Assembly: GCA_963737905.1 (NCBI GenBank)
Contig: CAVTUQ010000026.1
Location: forward strand, 192,001 to 256,000
Length of the DNA stretch: 64,000 nt
Direction of reading: 5' to 3'
Origin: an uncultured delta proteobacterium
Lineage (GTDB): Bacteria > Desulfobacterota > Binatia > UBA9968
Under the pieces are notes generated by a model, which was given only the letters and a program-made list of their open reading frames with translations, searched no databases and was not told the DNA's origin. The translations under genes and the position numbers were made by a program. Positions within the stretch are counted from its first letter, which is position 1. Every line of letters starts with the position of its first letter. Below are positions 47,558-57,927 of this stretch, in pieces.

Positions 47558-48340
47558 ATGGGCGTGGAGACAACGACGGGCTACGAACTTCTCTATGATA
47601 TTATTCGGCGCAGATCGAGTATTCGCAAGCTAAAGCCGGATCCGATTCCAGAGGAATACATCAACAAGGTCCTGGAGGCGGGCCGGTGGGCGATGTCCGG
47701 AGCCAATTCGCAACCCTGGGAATATATCGTGGTCAAGGATCCCAAAGTGAAGAAGGATCTTTTTCGTTGCTACGCGGAGGTCAATACGGATTTTATTTAT
47801 TGGATGGAGCAGCAGCGTGTCTTCGAGCTCAGGCATCCCGCCTATCAGATGACGGCAGACAAAGCCGTTGAGCAGCAACGGCGCGGCACCGGTTGGTCTG
47901 AAGCGCCGGCGCTCATCGTGGTTGTCGGTGATGGCCGGCGCCAATGGGGCACGGTGCAAGGCGCTCATACCTTTGGCCGGGATCAGTCGCATCTCACGGA
48001 TGGCTTGGCCAATACCTGCACCTTGATGCATTTGGCTGCGGCCTCCCTCGGACTCGCTACCCAATGGGTGAGCATTCACGTCCAAGAACCTTTCAAGAAA
48101 GTTCTGGGCGTGCCGGACCTCATGATGTTGTATCTCATCATCCCCGTCGGCTATCCCGCGGTGGAGCCGTCCGAAGGCGTGCGGCGTCCGCTGGACGAGA
48201 TCGTTCACCACGATCACTACGACGAGTCGAAGTTCATGAGCAATGAGCGGGTCATTCAGTTTCTCTATGAGCTGCGCGGCAAGACTTTGCAGACTTACCG
48301 CCAGTCCTATGTAGGTAAAGACCCGCTCAAGAACGATTAG
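47558..48340 (+). CDS. Nitroreductase family protein, paralog of 39270
   Basis: RRSSIRK, AMSGANSQPWEY; shared RRQWGTVQGAHTFGRDQSHLTDGLAN. Confidence 0.93.
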   Translation: MGVETTTGYELLYDIIRRRSSIRKLKPDPIPEEYINKVLEAGRWAMSGANSQPWEYIVVKDPKVKKDLFRCYAEVNTDFIYWMEQQRVFELRHPAYQMTADKAVEQQRRGTGWSEAPALIVVVGDGRRQWGTVQGAHTFGRDQSHLTDGLANTCTLMHLAAASLGLATQWVSIHVQEPFKKVLGVPDLMMLYLIIPVGYPAVEPSEGVRRPLDEIVHHDHYDESKFMSNERVIQFLYELRGKTLQTYRQSYVGKDPLKND

Positions 48341-48371
48341 GTGCGCCGTAGTTTGCGGAAAGGAGATCGCT

Positions 48372-50105
48372 TTGGCCCTGGATCCGATCACCGTGGAAAT
48401 CATTCGCTGCGCTCTGAAAGCAGCGGCCAACGAGATGTCGGCGGTGCTGAAAAAGACCGCCTATAACATGATGATCTACGAAGTGCAGGATTACTGCGTC
48501 AGCATCGTCGATCACCAGGGCAGGACGATGTCGCAGAATGAAGGCGCCTTGCCGATTTTTCTCGCCGATCTCGGCGTCGCGGTACAAGACGGCGTAGAAA
48601 TCTATGGACTGGAGAACGTTCATCGCGGCGATGTTTTTCTAGTCAATCACCCGGAGATCTGCGGCCAGCATCTCAATAACATGGTGGTCTACACGCCGTT
48701 CTTCTGGGAGTCCAAACTGGTTTGCTTCCTGGCGGTGCGCGCGCACTGGATCGACGTCGGCGGCGCCAGCACCGGCTTCGGATCGAGCATGACCCGGGAC
48801 GTATACGAGGAGGGGCTGCAAATTCGTTCCGTGAAGATTTACGCGGAAGGCAAACCGAATACCGAGATCTTGCGCTTGATCGAAGACAACATCCGATTCC
48901 CGGAATCTTCTTTAGGTGATCTTCGCGCGCAGATCGCCTGCTGCCGCACGGGAGAAGAGCGGCTCGAACAGATCTGCCGCAAGTATGGTGGGGCCGGGTT
49001 CCAAGAAGCGGTGGAAGTCATCTGGAATCAGACCGATAAGCTCGTGCGCGAAGCCGTGCGGGCGATTCCCGACGGAGTTTATGAGGCCTCGTCGTTTCTC
49101 GATGACGACGGCAAAGATTTTACCAAGACGCTTCCCATTAAGGTTCGGGTGATTGTTCGTGACGACGAGTTCACCATCGACTTCTCCGAGGTATGCGATC
49201 AGGTGCCGGGGTTTATCAATTGCGGCGCTTCGGGAGGCATGGCCGCGGCGCGCGTGGCCTTCAAGGCGCTCACCTCTCCCCGTCGGGAAGTGAACGAGGG
49301 TTCTTTTCGCGCCCTCAAGGTGATTCTTCCGCCGGGAAAATTGCTCAGCGCAAAGCGGCCCGCGCCCATCGGCGGCTGGAGTCTATCATTGCCGACCGTG
49401 CTCGATACGATCTTGCTGGCGCTGGCGCCTGTGCTCCCGGAGCGTATCCCCGCGGCTCACAAGGGCGACATGGGCGGTTACGCGATCTTCGGGACGCACC
49501 CGAAAACCGGACGACGTTATGTCTGTCAGAATATCATCGGCGGTGGTTGGGGCGGCCGCCCGTTCGAAGACGGGGCGTCTGCCGCAGTTTCCATGTGTCA
49601 GGGCGATGTGAAGAATACCCCGATTGAGTTGCAGGAACTCTATTATCCCTTGCTCTATGAACGCCATACCTTGCGAACTGACAGCGGCGGCGCGGGAAAA
49701 TTCCGCGGCGGCGTTGGCCTCGAAGTCAAAGTGAAACCACTACACGACCTTTTCATCAGCCGCAACACGGATCGGATTCAATGCCCGCCCTGGGGATTGT
49801 TGGGCGGCGCAGAGGGCGCAACCAACGCAACCTTGATCGAGCGCGATAACAAGGAAAAGATACTTCCAGGCAAATTCAGCCATCTTCTGGTGCGGCCCGG
49901 AGAGACGGTGACGTTGCTAACAGCCGGCGGAGGCGGACATGGCGATGCGGCAAGGCGCGACACTACCGCAGTGAACCGAGATGTTGCGTTGGGCTATGTA
50001 TCCAAGGAGCGGGCTAAACAAGATTACCCGCCGGCTTTTGACCGCACAACCATACCAGTTGAGCGTGATTCGCAAGTTCAACCTGCCACCTCGTCCAAAA
50101 CCTGA
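48372..50105 (+). CDS. Hydantoinase B / oxoprolinase family protein, paralog of 40053
   Basis: AAGGAG SD with TTG start; GQHLNN, RAHWIDVGG, SGGAGKFRGG. Confidence 0.95.
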   Translation: MALDPITVEIIRCALKAAANEMSAVLKKTAYNMMIYEVQDYCVSIVDHQGRTMSQNEGALPIFLADLGVAVQDGVEIYGLENVHRGDVFLVNHPEICGQHLNNMVVYTPFFWESKLVCFLAVRAHWIDVGGASTGFGSSMTRDVYEEGLQIRSVKIYAEGKPNTEILRLIEDNIRFPESSLGDLRAQIACCRTGEERLEQICRKYGGAGFQEAVEVIWNQTDKLVREAVRAIPDGVYEASSFLDDDGKDFTKTLPIKVRVIVRDDEFTIDFSEVCDQVPGFINCGASGGMAAARVAFKALTSPRREVNEGSFRALKVILPPGKLLSAKRPAPIGGWSLSLPTVLDTILLALAPVLPERIPAAHKGDMGGYAIFGTHPKTGRRYVCQNIIGGGWGGRPFEDGASAAVSMCQGDVKNTPIELQELYYPLLYERHTLRTDSGGAGKFRGGVGLEVKVKPLHDLFISRNTDRIQCPPWGLLGGAEGATNATLIERDNKEKILPGKFSHLLVRPGETVTLLTAGGGGHGDAARRDTTAVNRDVALGYVSKERAKQDYPPAFDRTTIPVERDSQVQPATSSKT

Positions 50106-50330
50106 TTCGTCATTTCGATGTTTCGAGAATTCCAACGGAGGTTCGTAACTTCATCCGGCACCTGCCTCCTGTACTCAAATGTAAAGTTCGCGCCCCTCCG
50201 GTGGACATTCTCGATGAACCAAACTTGCGGAAAAGCACTCAAAGAGATACTGGAGTTTGCGCGTGGGAAGAACTCAAAGGCTGTGTAAGCGCGCTTGTTA
50301 CCGTCGGAACAACTGCCCCTTCCGTGTCAT

Positions 50331-52016
50331 CTATGCAACGATCACGTCGATGATCGCTGGCTTGCCGCGACCGTTGGCTTCGAGGCCGCGCTTCAGCGCG
50401 TCCTGGAGTTTTTCCGGATCCGTTACCTGCTCGCCGTAGCCGCCAACGGATTCGGCGACCTTCACGAAGTCCGGCGCGTTGATGTGGGTGCCGTGGTAAA
50501 CGTCGGTCTCCGCCGCGATTCCGTCCGGATACATCCTGAGGTGCATGCCCTGCATTGCGGCGTATTTCTTGTTGTTAAAGATGACGGCCATGATCGGCAG
50601 GTTGTAATCGCGTGCAGCGCCGAGGCTCCCGAGCGCCGGGTTGTATAGGAACGCACCATCGCCGATCAAGGTCACGACCGGTCGTTGCGGCTTCGCCAGC
50701 TTGATCCCCAGCGAAAGGCCCAGCCCCTGTCCGAGACCGCCCTGGCGGGTGAACAGGCTCTGTGGCTTGTTCCATTCGAGGTGCTGGCGCAGTAGGGCGG
50801 TGTGGGTGGTGACCTCGTCGATATAGATCGGGTCGTCCGGCATCACCGCGTTCAGCGAGGCGCACAGCCAGGCCGGATCGATCGGCGTCTTCCTGCGCGC
50901 TTCGGCTTGCTGCGCGTCCCGTTTCTCGATCATCGCAGCGTGCGCCGCGGCGAGCTCCTTGCGTCTTGCCTCGACGGTGGCCTTGTCCGGCCTGGCCGCG
51001 TCGGCCAGATCGCGCAGTGTCTGCGCCACATTGCCTTCCAGGTACATGTCCGCCTGATGGCTCTGGTAGGCCATGGCCATGTTGTGCGGCGCCTCGTCCA
51101 CCATCGCGACGGCCGCCTTGGGCGGGCGGTTGCTCGGGGGATACCAGGGGGCGCGCGCGCGCACGACGATCGCGAGGTCCATGTCACGCCAGAACGGCTT
51201 GATGTCGGTTCCCTGATGGAGCGGGTGACTCTTGGGGAAGTTCGCGAACAGAGCGCCGGGCTTCTCGACCACCGGCAGGGCGAACTTATCGCAGAGCGCC
51301 ACCAGCGCTTCGTAGGTCTCGACCTCCTGGCCGGCGCCTTCGGTGAGCACGACCGGGTGCTTCGCTTTGGCAATCTGGGCAGCGAGTTTTTCGATATCCT
51401 CGGGAGCGGTGAGAATGCGCGGCGCGGGCGGAACGGCCCGCGGATTGGCCGGCGGTGTCCAGGCGTCCATCAGCGTTTCCGTCGAAACGGACAGATAGGT
51501 TGGGCCGGTCGGTTGCCGCTGCGCGAGCTCGCCGGCGCGGACGACGCTCTCATAGAGCGTGTGGACGCTGCCCGCCACCGAGGCATATTTGACAATGGAA
51601 TCGACCAGGTGGGTCGTGCCGCCCGCGATGCTCAGGTTGTTGATCCATTGGGCGCCGGGATCGAACTCCGGCTGCTCGCCGTAGGTCATCGACTCTCCGG
51701 AGATCACCACCATGGGCACGCCGGCGACAAAGGCGCCGTGGATGCCCATGGCGCCCTGCAGCAGGCCCGCGCCTGCATGCAGCAACACACCCTGCATCCG
51801 GCCGGTGGCCAGCGTGTAGCCCGCGGCCATGTCTACGGCGAGCGTTTCGTGCCACACATCCAGGAGCTTGGGGCCCTCCTTATGCCGATGGATCTGGTCG
51901 GCCATGGCTTCCCACACGGGCGCCCATTCGGTGCCCGGCGAGGACAAGATGTAATCGACTCCGAGCTTGCGGAATCCTTCGACTATGGCTTCGCCGCCGT
52001 CGAACTGGTTTTTCAT
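50331..52016 (-). CDS. Thiamine-diphosphate-dependent enzyme (benzoylformate decarboxylase / acetolactate synthase-like)
   Basis: SPGTE, WHE catalytic Glu, GDGAFLY...IFNN ThDP motif. Confidence 0.93.
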   Translation of the reverse strand: MKNQFDGGEAIVEGFRKLGVDYILSSPGTEWAPVWEAMADQIHRHKEGPKLLDVWHETLAVDMAAGYTLATGRMQGVLLHAGAGLLQGAMGIHGAFVAGVPMVVISGESMTYGEQPEFDPGAQWINNLSIAGGTTHLVDSIVKYASVAGSVHTLYESVVRAGELAQRQPTGPTYLSVSTETLMDAWTPPANPRAVPPAPRILTAPEDIEKLAAQIAKAKHPVVLTEGAGQEVETYEALVALCDKFALPVVEKPGALFANFPKSHPLHQGTDIKPFWRDMDLAIVVRARAPWYPPSNRPPKAAVAMVDEAPHNMAMAYQSHQADMYLEGNVAQTLRDLADAARPDKATVEARRKELAAAHAAMIEKRDAQQAEARRKTPIDPAWLCASLNAVMPDDPIYIDEVTTHTALLRQHLEWNKPQSLFTRQGGLGQGLGLSLGIKLAKPQRPVVTLIGDGAFLYNPALGSLGAARDYNLPIMAVIFNNKKYAAMQGMHLRMYPDGIAAETDVYHGTHINAPDFVKVAESVGGYGEQVTDPEKLQDALKRGLEANGRGKPAIIDVIVA

Positions 52017-52318
52017 GGTTGGTCTCCCCGAATCGTTATTTTTTAGCGCGTATCATGTCACGGCTGAACCCGCAAGGCCGCTGCGCGGCGGTTCAAAGTT
52101 CAAGCCGTTCAATCGCTCAGAGTGACTGCACCGTTGTCATAACGAGAGACGGAAAACAATCCGGAAGCGTCTGATTTCTACGTCTGGCCTCTCTGGCTAG
52201 CGATATTTGTCGTCAAAAAGTTGGAATCCTTGGCGCGAGCGGCGGCGCTTTCGTGGTTTCGACTTCCGGGTTTAGGGTGCGACAATCTCTCCAGTCTTCA
52301 AAACATCTCCGACTCGCC

Positions 52319-53369
52319 CTAGGTGCCCAGTATTTTCTTCACGCGCTCGATAACCTCCGGCGGAGAATCGAAAATTTCCTTTACCAGTGATTCCAGCTCT
52401 TCGCCGGACGTCGGTTCTACGTCCATCCGAGCCTTTTTTGCTTCGGCAAGGGCTTCAGGATCATTCAAAGCCTTGGCATAAGCCTCCCTAAGGAGCTTGA
52501 CCCTTTCAGGGGGAGTGCCGGGCGTCACTAGCATGGGCCGGCCGAAATCCCCCGCGGCCAGCACAATCTGGGCGACACGGCGGCTATTCGCCGGGACCTT
52601 ATACTGATCGAAGATTTCCTGAGTCGTAGGCACATCGGCTGCGCGTGAATCTCTCTTACGCGAGGTCTGGATGATATGGCGGTCAAAACCCTTCTTGTGC
52701 CACGTATCGAAGGGTTCGCGGCCAAAGTGGGCGGAGGTGCTATGCGAGCGGCAAACCACCTCTCCCTTTTCTACCGCTATGTCGATTTCGGAGCCTCCGG
52801 GATAGCCCAGGACAGTGTTGATCTTGGCCCCTACGGTCTCCTCCAAAACCTTGGCCAGAATATAGTCGGCGCTTGCCGTACCCGTCGCGCCGCACTTGGG
52901 TGGCTCCTTCGCCTTGATGATATCTGCGACGGACTTATAGGGAGTATCGGCTCGCATGTACATGATGGTTGATTCAACTGCGGGCGAGCCGATCCAGTGG
53001 AACTTGCGCAGATCAAACTGTACCTCTTTGCGCCCGACAAGTTGGTCTACGTAGACACTGTTCAAGGGCATCGCAACCGTTAGACCGTCAGGCTTGCCCA
53101 CATTAAAAACATGGTTGGTTGCGATCACCGATCCCGCGCCCGGCATGTTCTGAGCGATGATCTCCGGCTGTCCGGGAATGTATTTGCCCATGTATCGGGC
53201 GAAGAGACGGGCCCAGCGGTCATAAAATCCACCAGCCGTGGAGCCCACCATGATGCGAATGGTTTTTCCCTTGTAGAAAGGGTCAGCTTGTGGTCCGGCC
53301 CACGGAGGCGAGCTGTGGAGCGAAAAGAAAAATCGCGAGACAGATCAGGGAAAGTGCTTGTTTTTGCAT
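52319..53369 (-). CDS. Tripartite tricarboxylate transporter (Bug/TctC) substrate-binding protein; frameshift after the signal peptide
   Basis: AGGAGG SD, ATG 53369 MQKQALSLICLAIFLFAP; second frame PFYKGKTIRIMVGSTAGGFYD, QNMPGAGS, GYPGG. Confidence 0.9.
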
Positions 53370-53547
53370 GACAACCTCCTCTTAACGGCCTGACCAACTA
53401 CAGGATTAAACTTTTTACAAAAGTGAAGACCCCTTCTCCTCCGCCGACATCATCGTTCGAGCGGTGACTATATCGTTGGAAGCTGACTTGTCAAGTTTAG
53501 GTGCAGGACCCGTCGTGGGTAATTGCTTGCCGATGGATTGCGCGGAG

Positions 53548-56085
53548 CTATTCTAACGACGCACGCTTGCGAGCCTCGATCATTTTTTCGACTTGTTTGA
53601 GTGCCGATGCTAAGTCGATCGCCTTGCGAAAAATGGGCGCCATGGGGTCTTTCATCTTCCGAAATCGCTCGGGGACAGTCTTGATTGTGAAACGCGACGG
53701 ATGCAGACGCCCATTCACCTCGTTCCAGAGCAGCGGACAGGAGACCGTTGCGCCGGGCAGCGGCCGGACGGCAAAGGGCGCCGCAATGGTTACCCCATAG
53801 CCGTTCTGGCCGAAATCGATGTAAACCTTGCCGCCCCGCGCGGCAATGGGCCGGGCGACCGTCGAGATATCCGGGACAGACTCCGTTCCCAGCATCGCCA
53901 GCAGCCGGGCGAAACTTTTCGCCTGCTCATGGGTGTAGCGCGCGCCAAGAGGGACGAGGATATGGAGGCCTGATGCTCCGGAGGTCTTGATGAAGCTTTC
54001 GAGCCGAAGTCCCGTCAATATCTCGTGGAGCGCGCGCGCCACCTCGACGACGTGTGCAAAGGGCGCGCCTTTGGGGTCGAGGTCGAGAACCAGCCAGTCC
54101 GGACGCTCGAGAGAGTCGATTCGCGAGCTCCACAGGTGAAGCGGGATCGTGCCCATGTTGATGACATAGAGAAGGGTCTCTACGTCGTTCACGATAATGT
54201 AACCGATGTCGCGATCCGTATCTTTGGAATAGATCTTCTCTCTGCGTATCCAGCTCGGAATAAATTCTGGGGCATCCTTCTGAAAGAACGATTTCCCGGC
54301 GATGCCGTCGGGATACCGCGTCAACACCAGCGGGCGATTTTTCAAGTAAGGAAGCAAGAAAGAAGCGATGCTGCGATGGTATTCGATCAAATCACCCTTA
54401 GTGTAGCCCTCGTCGGGCCAAAAGATTTTTTTCAGATTCGTAAACTTCACCTGTTTTGCCGGACCGTTTTCGAGGGGAGCGGGAACCGGGAGCTCCGGAA
54501 GACTTCGCGGCAGAGGCTCGTCCTTTCGGCATTCGTCGGGTTTCTTATCCGTTCTCAATCCCAGAAAGGCTGGGTGGCGAATCCCGCCGTCATGGGTCCA
54601 GTCCGAGAAGCGCACCTCGCAAACGAGCTCGGGCTCGACCCAGTGGTGGCCGCGGCCGGTTGGGCTTTTTTCCTGGAAAGGCGATTTCGCCAGGGCAAGC
54701 GGCTGCAGCTTCTCCCAGATCGACTTCAGGGTCTTGGTATCGAATCCGGTGCCAACCTTGGAGACGTAAACCAATTTATTGTTTTGGTAGAGACCCAAAT
54801 GAAGCGCGCCGAAATAACTTCGTCCCCCCTGGGGATTCGTGTAGCCGCCGATCACGAATTCCTGGCGCCGTTGGCATTTAATCTTGATCCAATCACGGGA
54901 GCGTCCGCCGACGTAGCGGCTATGAGCTTTTTTGGCGACCACTCCTTCCAGCCCGTGTTCCGAGGCCGCGTCGAAGAAGTCTTCGCCCGCTTCCTCAATG
55001 TGATCGCTGAAGCGCGCCCGACCCAAGCGCGGCAACAAGCGCTTAAGGCATTCTTTCCGTTGGAGTAGAGGGATCGAACGCAAGTCATGACCGTCAAGGC
55101 CTAGACAATCGAAGAAAACACCTTCTACTGGAGCCGCGTTCATGGCGAGCTGGATATCGCGCGTGCCGGTCAGATGCATGCGCGCCTGCAGTCTTTGAAA
55201 GCTCGGCTGTCCCCGCTCGTCGAGGGCTACAATCTCGCCATCGATGACGAAATGATCGATGGGCAGTTTTTTCAGGGCGTCCGTCAGTTCCGGGTAGCGG
55301 TTGGTGATCTGCGTTCCATTGCGGCCGTAAAGTTCGACTCTTTCGCCGTTGCGCTCCGCCAAAACCCTAACACCGTCGTATTTGATTTCGAAAATCCATT
55401 CAGGCCCGGAAAAGGGCCGTTCCTGCAGAGTTGCAAGCATGAGCTGTTGACCTCGCGCAGAGAAGTTTTGTTTAGGCGCTTTGATCTTTCGCAGAAGCTC
55501 CCGCAGCTCGGTAACTTTCGCGGGAAGGTCGGCTATCTCTTCCAAGGTAAGCCCGGATATGACCGATTGCGGATAGCGCTCGATCAGCTCCTCGGTCCCG
55601 GCAAAGGAGTCGGCTTTCTTCAGAAGCAGCCAATCTTTCTCTTTCTTCGACATGCGCGCCAAGGTCCACAATCCCCGCATCTTGTGACCGAAAAATTCCA
55701 GTTCGAGCTTACCCCGTTCGAGCTGTTCCACCGGGTCGCCGGCTTTGACCAAACGGTATGGTCCGCGATCCCAGACGATAACCGAGCCGGCGCCATAGTT
55801 ATCGGGCGGGATGATTCCTTCAAAATCGGCGTATTCGACGGGATGGTCCTCAACGTGGACGGCCAGCCGCTTTTCATGAGCTCGCACCGACGGTCCTTTC
55901 GGCACTGCCCAACTTTTCAGCACACCGTCCATCTCCAGTCGTAAATCGTAATGAAGGCGGCGGGCGCCATGTTTCTGAATGACGAAACGGAGCCCCGAGT
56001 CGGTGCGACTGACGCCGAAAGGCTCGGGTGTGCGCTCGGGATCGCGCTTTTTCCGGTACAGATCGAGCTTGGAGGGCGACTTCAC
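53548..56085 (-). CDS. ligD: NHEJ DNA ligase D (phosphoesterase - ligase - polymerase)
   Basis: FVIQKH..RLHYDLRLE; EIKYDGVR; EGVVAK; RYPDGI, DLDP, KTSG..GLH. Confidence 0.96.
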   Translation of the reverse strand: MKSPSKLDLYRKKRDPERTPEPFGVSRTDSGLRFVIQKHGARRLHYDLRLEMDGVLKSWAVPKGPSVRAHEKRLAVHVEDHPVEYADFEGIIPPDNYGAGSVIVWDRGPYRLVKAGDPVEQLERGKLELEFFGHKMRGLWTLARMSKKEKDWLLLKKADSFAGTEELIERYPQSVISGLTLEEIADLPAKVTELRELLRKIKAPKQNFSARGQQLMLATLQERPFSGPEWIFEIKYDGVRVLAERNGERVELYGRNGTQITNRYPELTDALKKLPIDHFVIDGEIVALDERGQPSFQRLQARMHLTGTRDIQLAMNAAPVEGVFFDCLGLDGHDLRSIPLLQRKECLKRLLPRLGRARFSDHIEEAGEDFFDAASEHGLEGVVAKKAHSRYVGGRSRDWIKIKCQRRQEFVIGGYTNPQGGRSYFGALHLGLYQNNKLVYVSKVGTGFDTKTLKSIWEKLQPLALAKSPFQEKSPTGRGHHWVEPELVCEVRFSDWTHDGGIRHPAFLGLRTDKKPDECRKDEPLPRSLPELPVPAPLENGPAKQVKFTNLKKIFWPDEGYTKGDLIEYHRSIASFLLPYLKNRPLVLTRYPDGIAGKSFFQKDAPEFIPSWIRREKIYSKDTDRDIGYIIVNDVETLLYVINMGTIPLHLWSSRIDSLERPDWLVLDLDPKGAPFAHVVEVARALHEILTGLRLESFIKTSGASGLHILVPLGARYTHEQAKSFARLLAMLGTESVPDISTVARPIAARGGKVYIDFGQNGYGVTIAAPFAVRPLPGATVSCPLLWNEVNGRLHPSRFTIKTVPERFRKMKDPMAPIFRKAIDLASALKQVEKMIEARKRASLE

Positions 56086-56157
56086 CGTTTGAAGAATAAC
56101 TCAGTGGCTGGTATGGTTCAAATTTGATAGAATTTGAGGATCAAGGAGGTCTCCCCC

Positions 56158-57014
56158 ATGCCCCCGCGTTCTCTCGGTTCCGGCACGATTTCTTTTGGTC
56201 TTGTCTCTATCCCCGTAAAGCTTTACCCGGCCGCTTCCTCCCAGGCGATCAGTTTCAATTTGCTCCATGCCAAGTGCGGCAATCGGATCCGGCAACAGCG
56301 CTTCTGTCCTGTCTGCAACGAGGTCGTGGAGCGCGAAGGCTTGGTCAAAGGATACGAGTTCGCTAAAGATCAGTACGTCAAAGTTTCGGACGAGGAGCTC
56401 GAAGCGCTCGAAGGCGAGGCATCGAAGGCGATCGAAATTTCCGAGTTTGTACCGCTTGCGAAGGTCGATCCGGTTTATTTCGAAAAGAGCTACTATCTTG
56501 GCCCCGACAAGGGGGGGAGAAAGCCTATCGCTTGTTGTCGGACGCGATGACCCAAGCCGGCAAAGTCGCGCTGGCAAAATTTGTCCTGCGCGGAAGAGAA
56601 AATCTGGTTCTCGTCCGCTCGGCACAGAACGGGCTGATGCTTCACACCATGTATTTCGCCGACGAGGTGCGTAATTTCGATGAAATTTCCAAAGGAGAAT
56701 CGGCCAAGATTAGCGAGGCTGAGACCAACCTGGCGATCCGTCTGATCGACGAGCTGTCGAATGAACAGTTCAATCCTGGGCAATATGAAGATGAATACCG
56801 CCAGCGCGTATTGGATCTCGTCAACACCAAGGCCGAGGGCAAAGAAATTACCGTGGCCGAGCCCCAAGTCCATCGTGCTCAGGTGATCGATCTTATGGAG
56901 GCGCTCAAGGAAAGCCTGGGAAAGAAAGTTGCCAAGGAGAAAAAGCCCGCGGTCCGCGCCAAATCGGCCGAGCCTGAGAAAGGCAAGAAAAGGGCCCAGT
57001 CCGCCAAGAAATGA
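56158..57014 (+). CDS. ku: NHEJ protein Ku, frameshift in a G-run at 56511-56517
   Basis: GTISFGLVSIPVKLY, VKGYE, YEDEYR, VIDLMEALKESL; AAGGAGG SD. Confidence 0.93.
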
Positions 57015-57832
57015 AACTTTTCACCACCGGCGAGGTGGCGAAAATCTTGAATCTCCCGGGTAGTCGCATTCGATCTTTTGTGCGCGCCGGCTTTCTTGCG
57101 CCGGCACGCGATCCCAAAAAGACCTTCCAGTTTACTTTTCAAGATCTGCTCTTTTTGAAAACGGCGAAAGGGCTCCTCGATTCTCGCGTGCCGTCAAAGA
57201 GAATTATTCGCATGCTTTCTTCGTTGAAGCGGCAGCTGCCGGACGATCGGCATCTGTCCGGGCTCAAGATTTATGCCGACGGTCGCCGCGTTATCGTCTG
57301 GGACGGTAAAGCCCGCTGGCAGCCTGACTCCGGGCAGTTCCTGTTCAATTTTGATGCCCGCAGCGTTGTGGAAAAAATCAAATTGCCGCGCCCTGCGCCG
57401 AAGCCGGTGAAAGACAAACTGACCGCGGATCATTGGTTCAATCTGGGAGTCGAGCTGGAAGCAACGTCAACGAAGGAAGCGGAGCGAGCTTACCACATGG
57501 CGCTGGAGGTCGACCCAAAAATGGCCGCTGCGCATCTCAATCTGGGCAAACTCTACCACGATGCGGGTGAACTGGAGAAAGCCGAAGCGCACTATCGAGC
57601 TGCCGGAGAGATTGATCCGGAAGAGCCGGCGCCCCACTTCAACCTAGGGGTCTTACTGGAAGATCTCAAACGGCCGCAGGAAGCTTTGCGGTCCTATCGC
57701 GAAGCGGTCAAGCTGGATCCGGCTTTTGCCGACGCGCATTACAATCTTGCACTGTTATTCGAGTCTATGGGTAAAAAAGCCGAAGCGGTTGCACACTTTC
57801 GTACGGCGCGTAAGATTTATCTGAGCAAATAA
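57011..57832 (+). CDS. MerR-like HTH plus TPR protein coupled to ku
   Basis: FTTGEVAKIL...FTFQDL; four TPRs (AHLNLG, PHFNLG, AHYNLA); ATGA overlap with the ku stop. Confidence 0.88.
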   Translation: MKLFTTGEVAKILNLPGSRIRSFVRAGFLAPARDPKKTFQFTFQDLLFLKTAKGLLDSRVPSKRIIRMLSSLKRQLPDDRHLSGLKIYADGRRVIVWDGKARWQPDSGQFLFNFDARSVVEKIKLPRPAPKPVKDKLTADHWFNLGVELEATSTKEAERAYHMALEVDPKMAAAHLNLGKLYHDAGELEKAEAHYRAAGEIDPEEPAPHFNLGVLLEDLKRPQEALRSYREAVKLDPAFADAHYNLALLFESMGKKAEAVAHFRTARKIYLSK

Positions 57833-57927
57833 GCCCCGCCGTACATCAAGGAGTTATGGAAAAATTACAACGTGCGCCCCTTTGTTTTTGATGAACGCGT
57901 TCAGTCACTGCGGAGGAGGTTTGGCAG

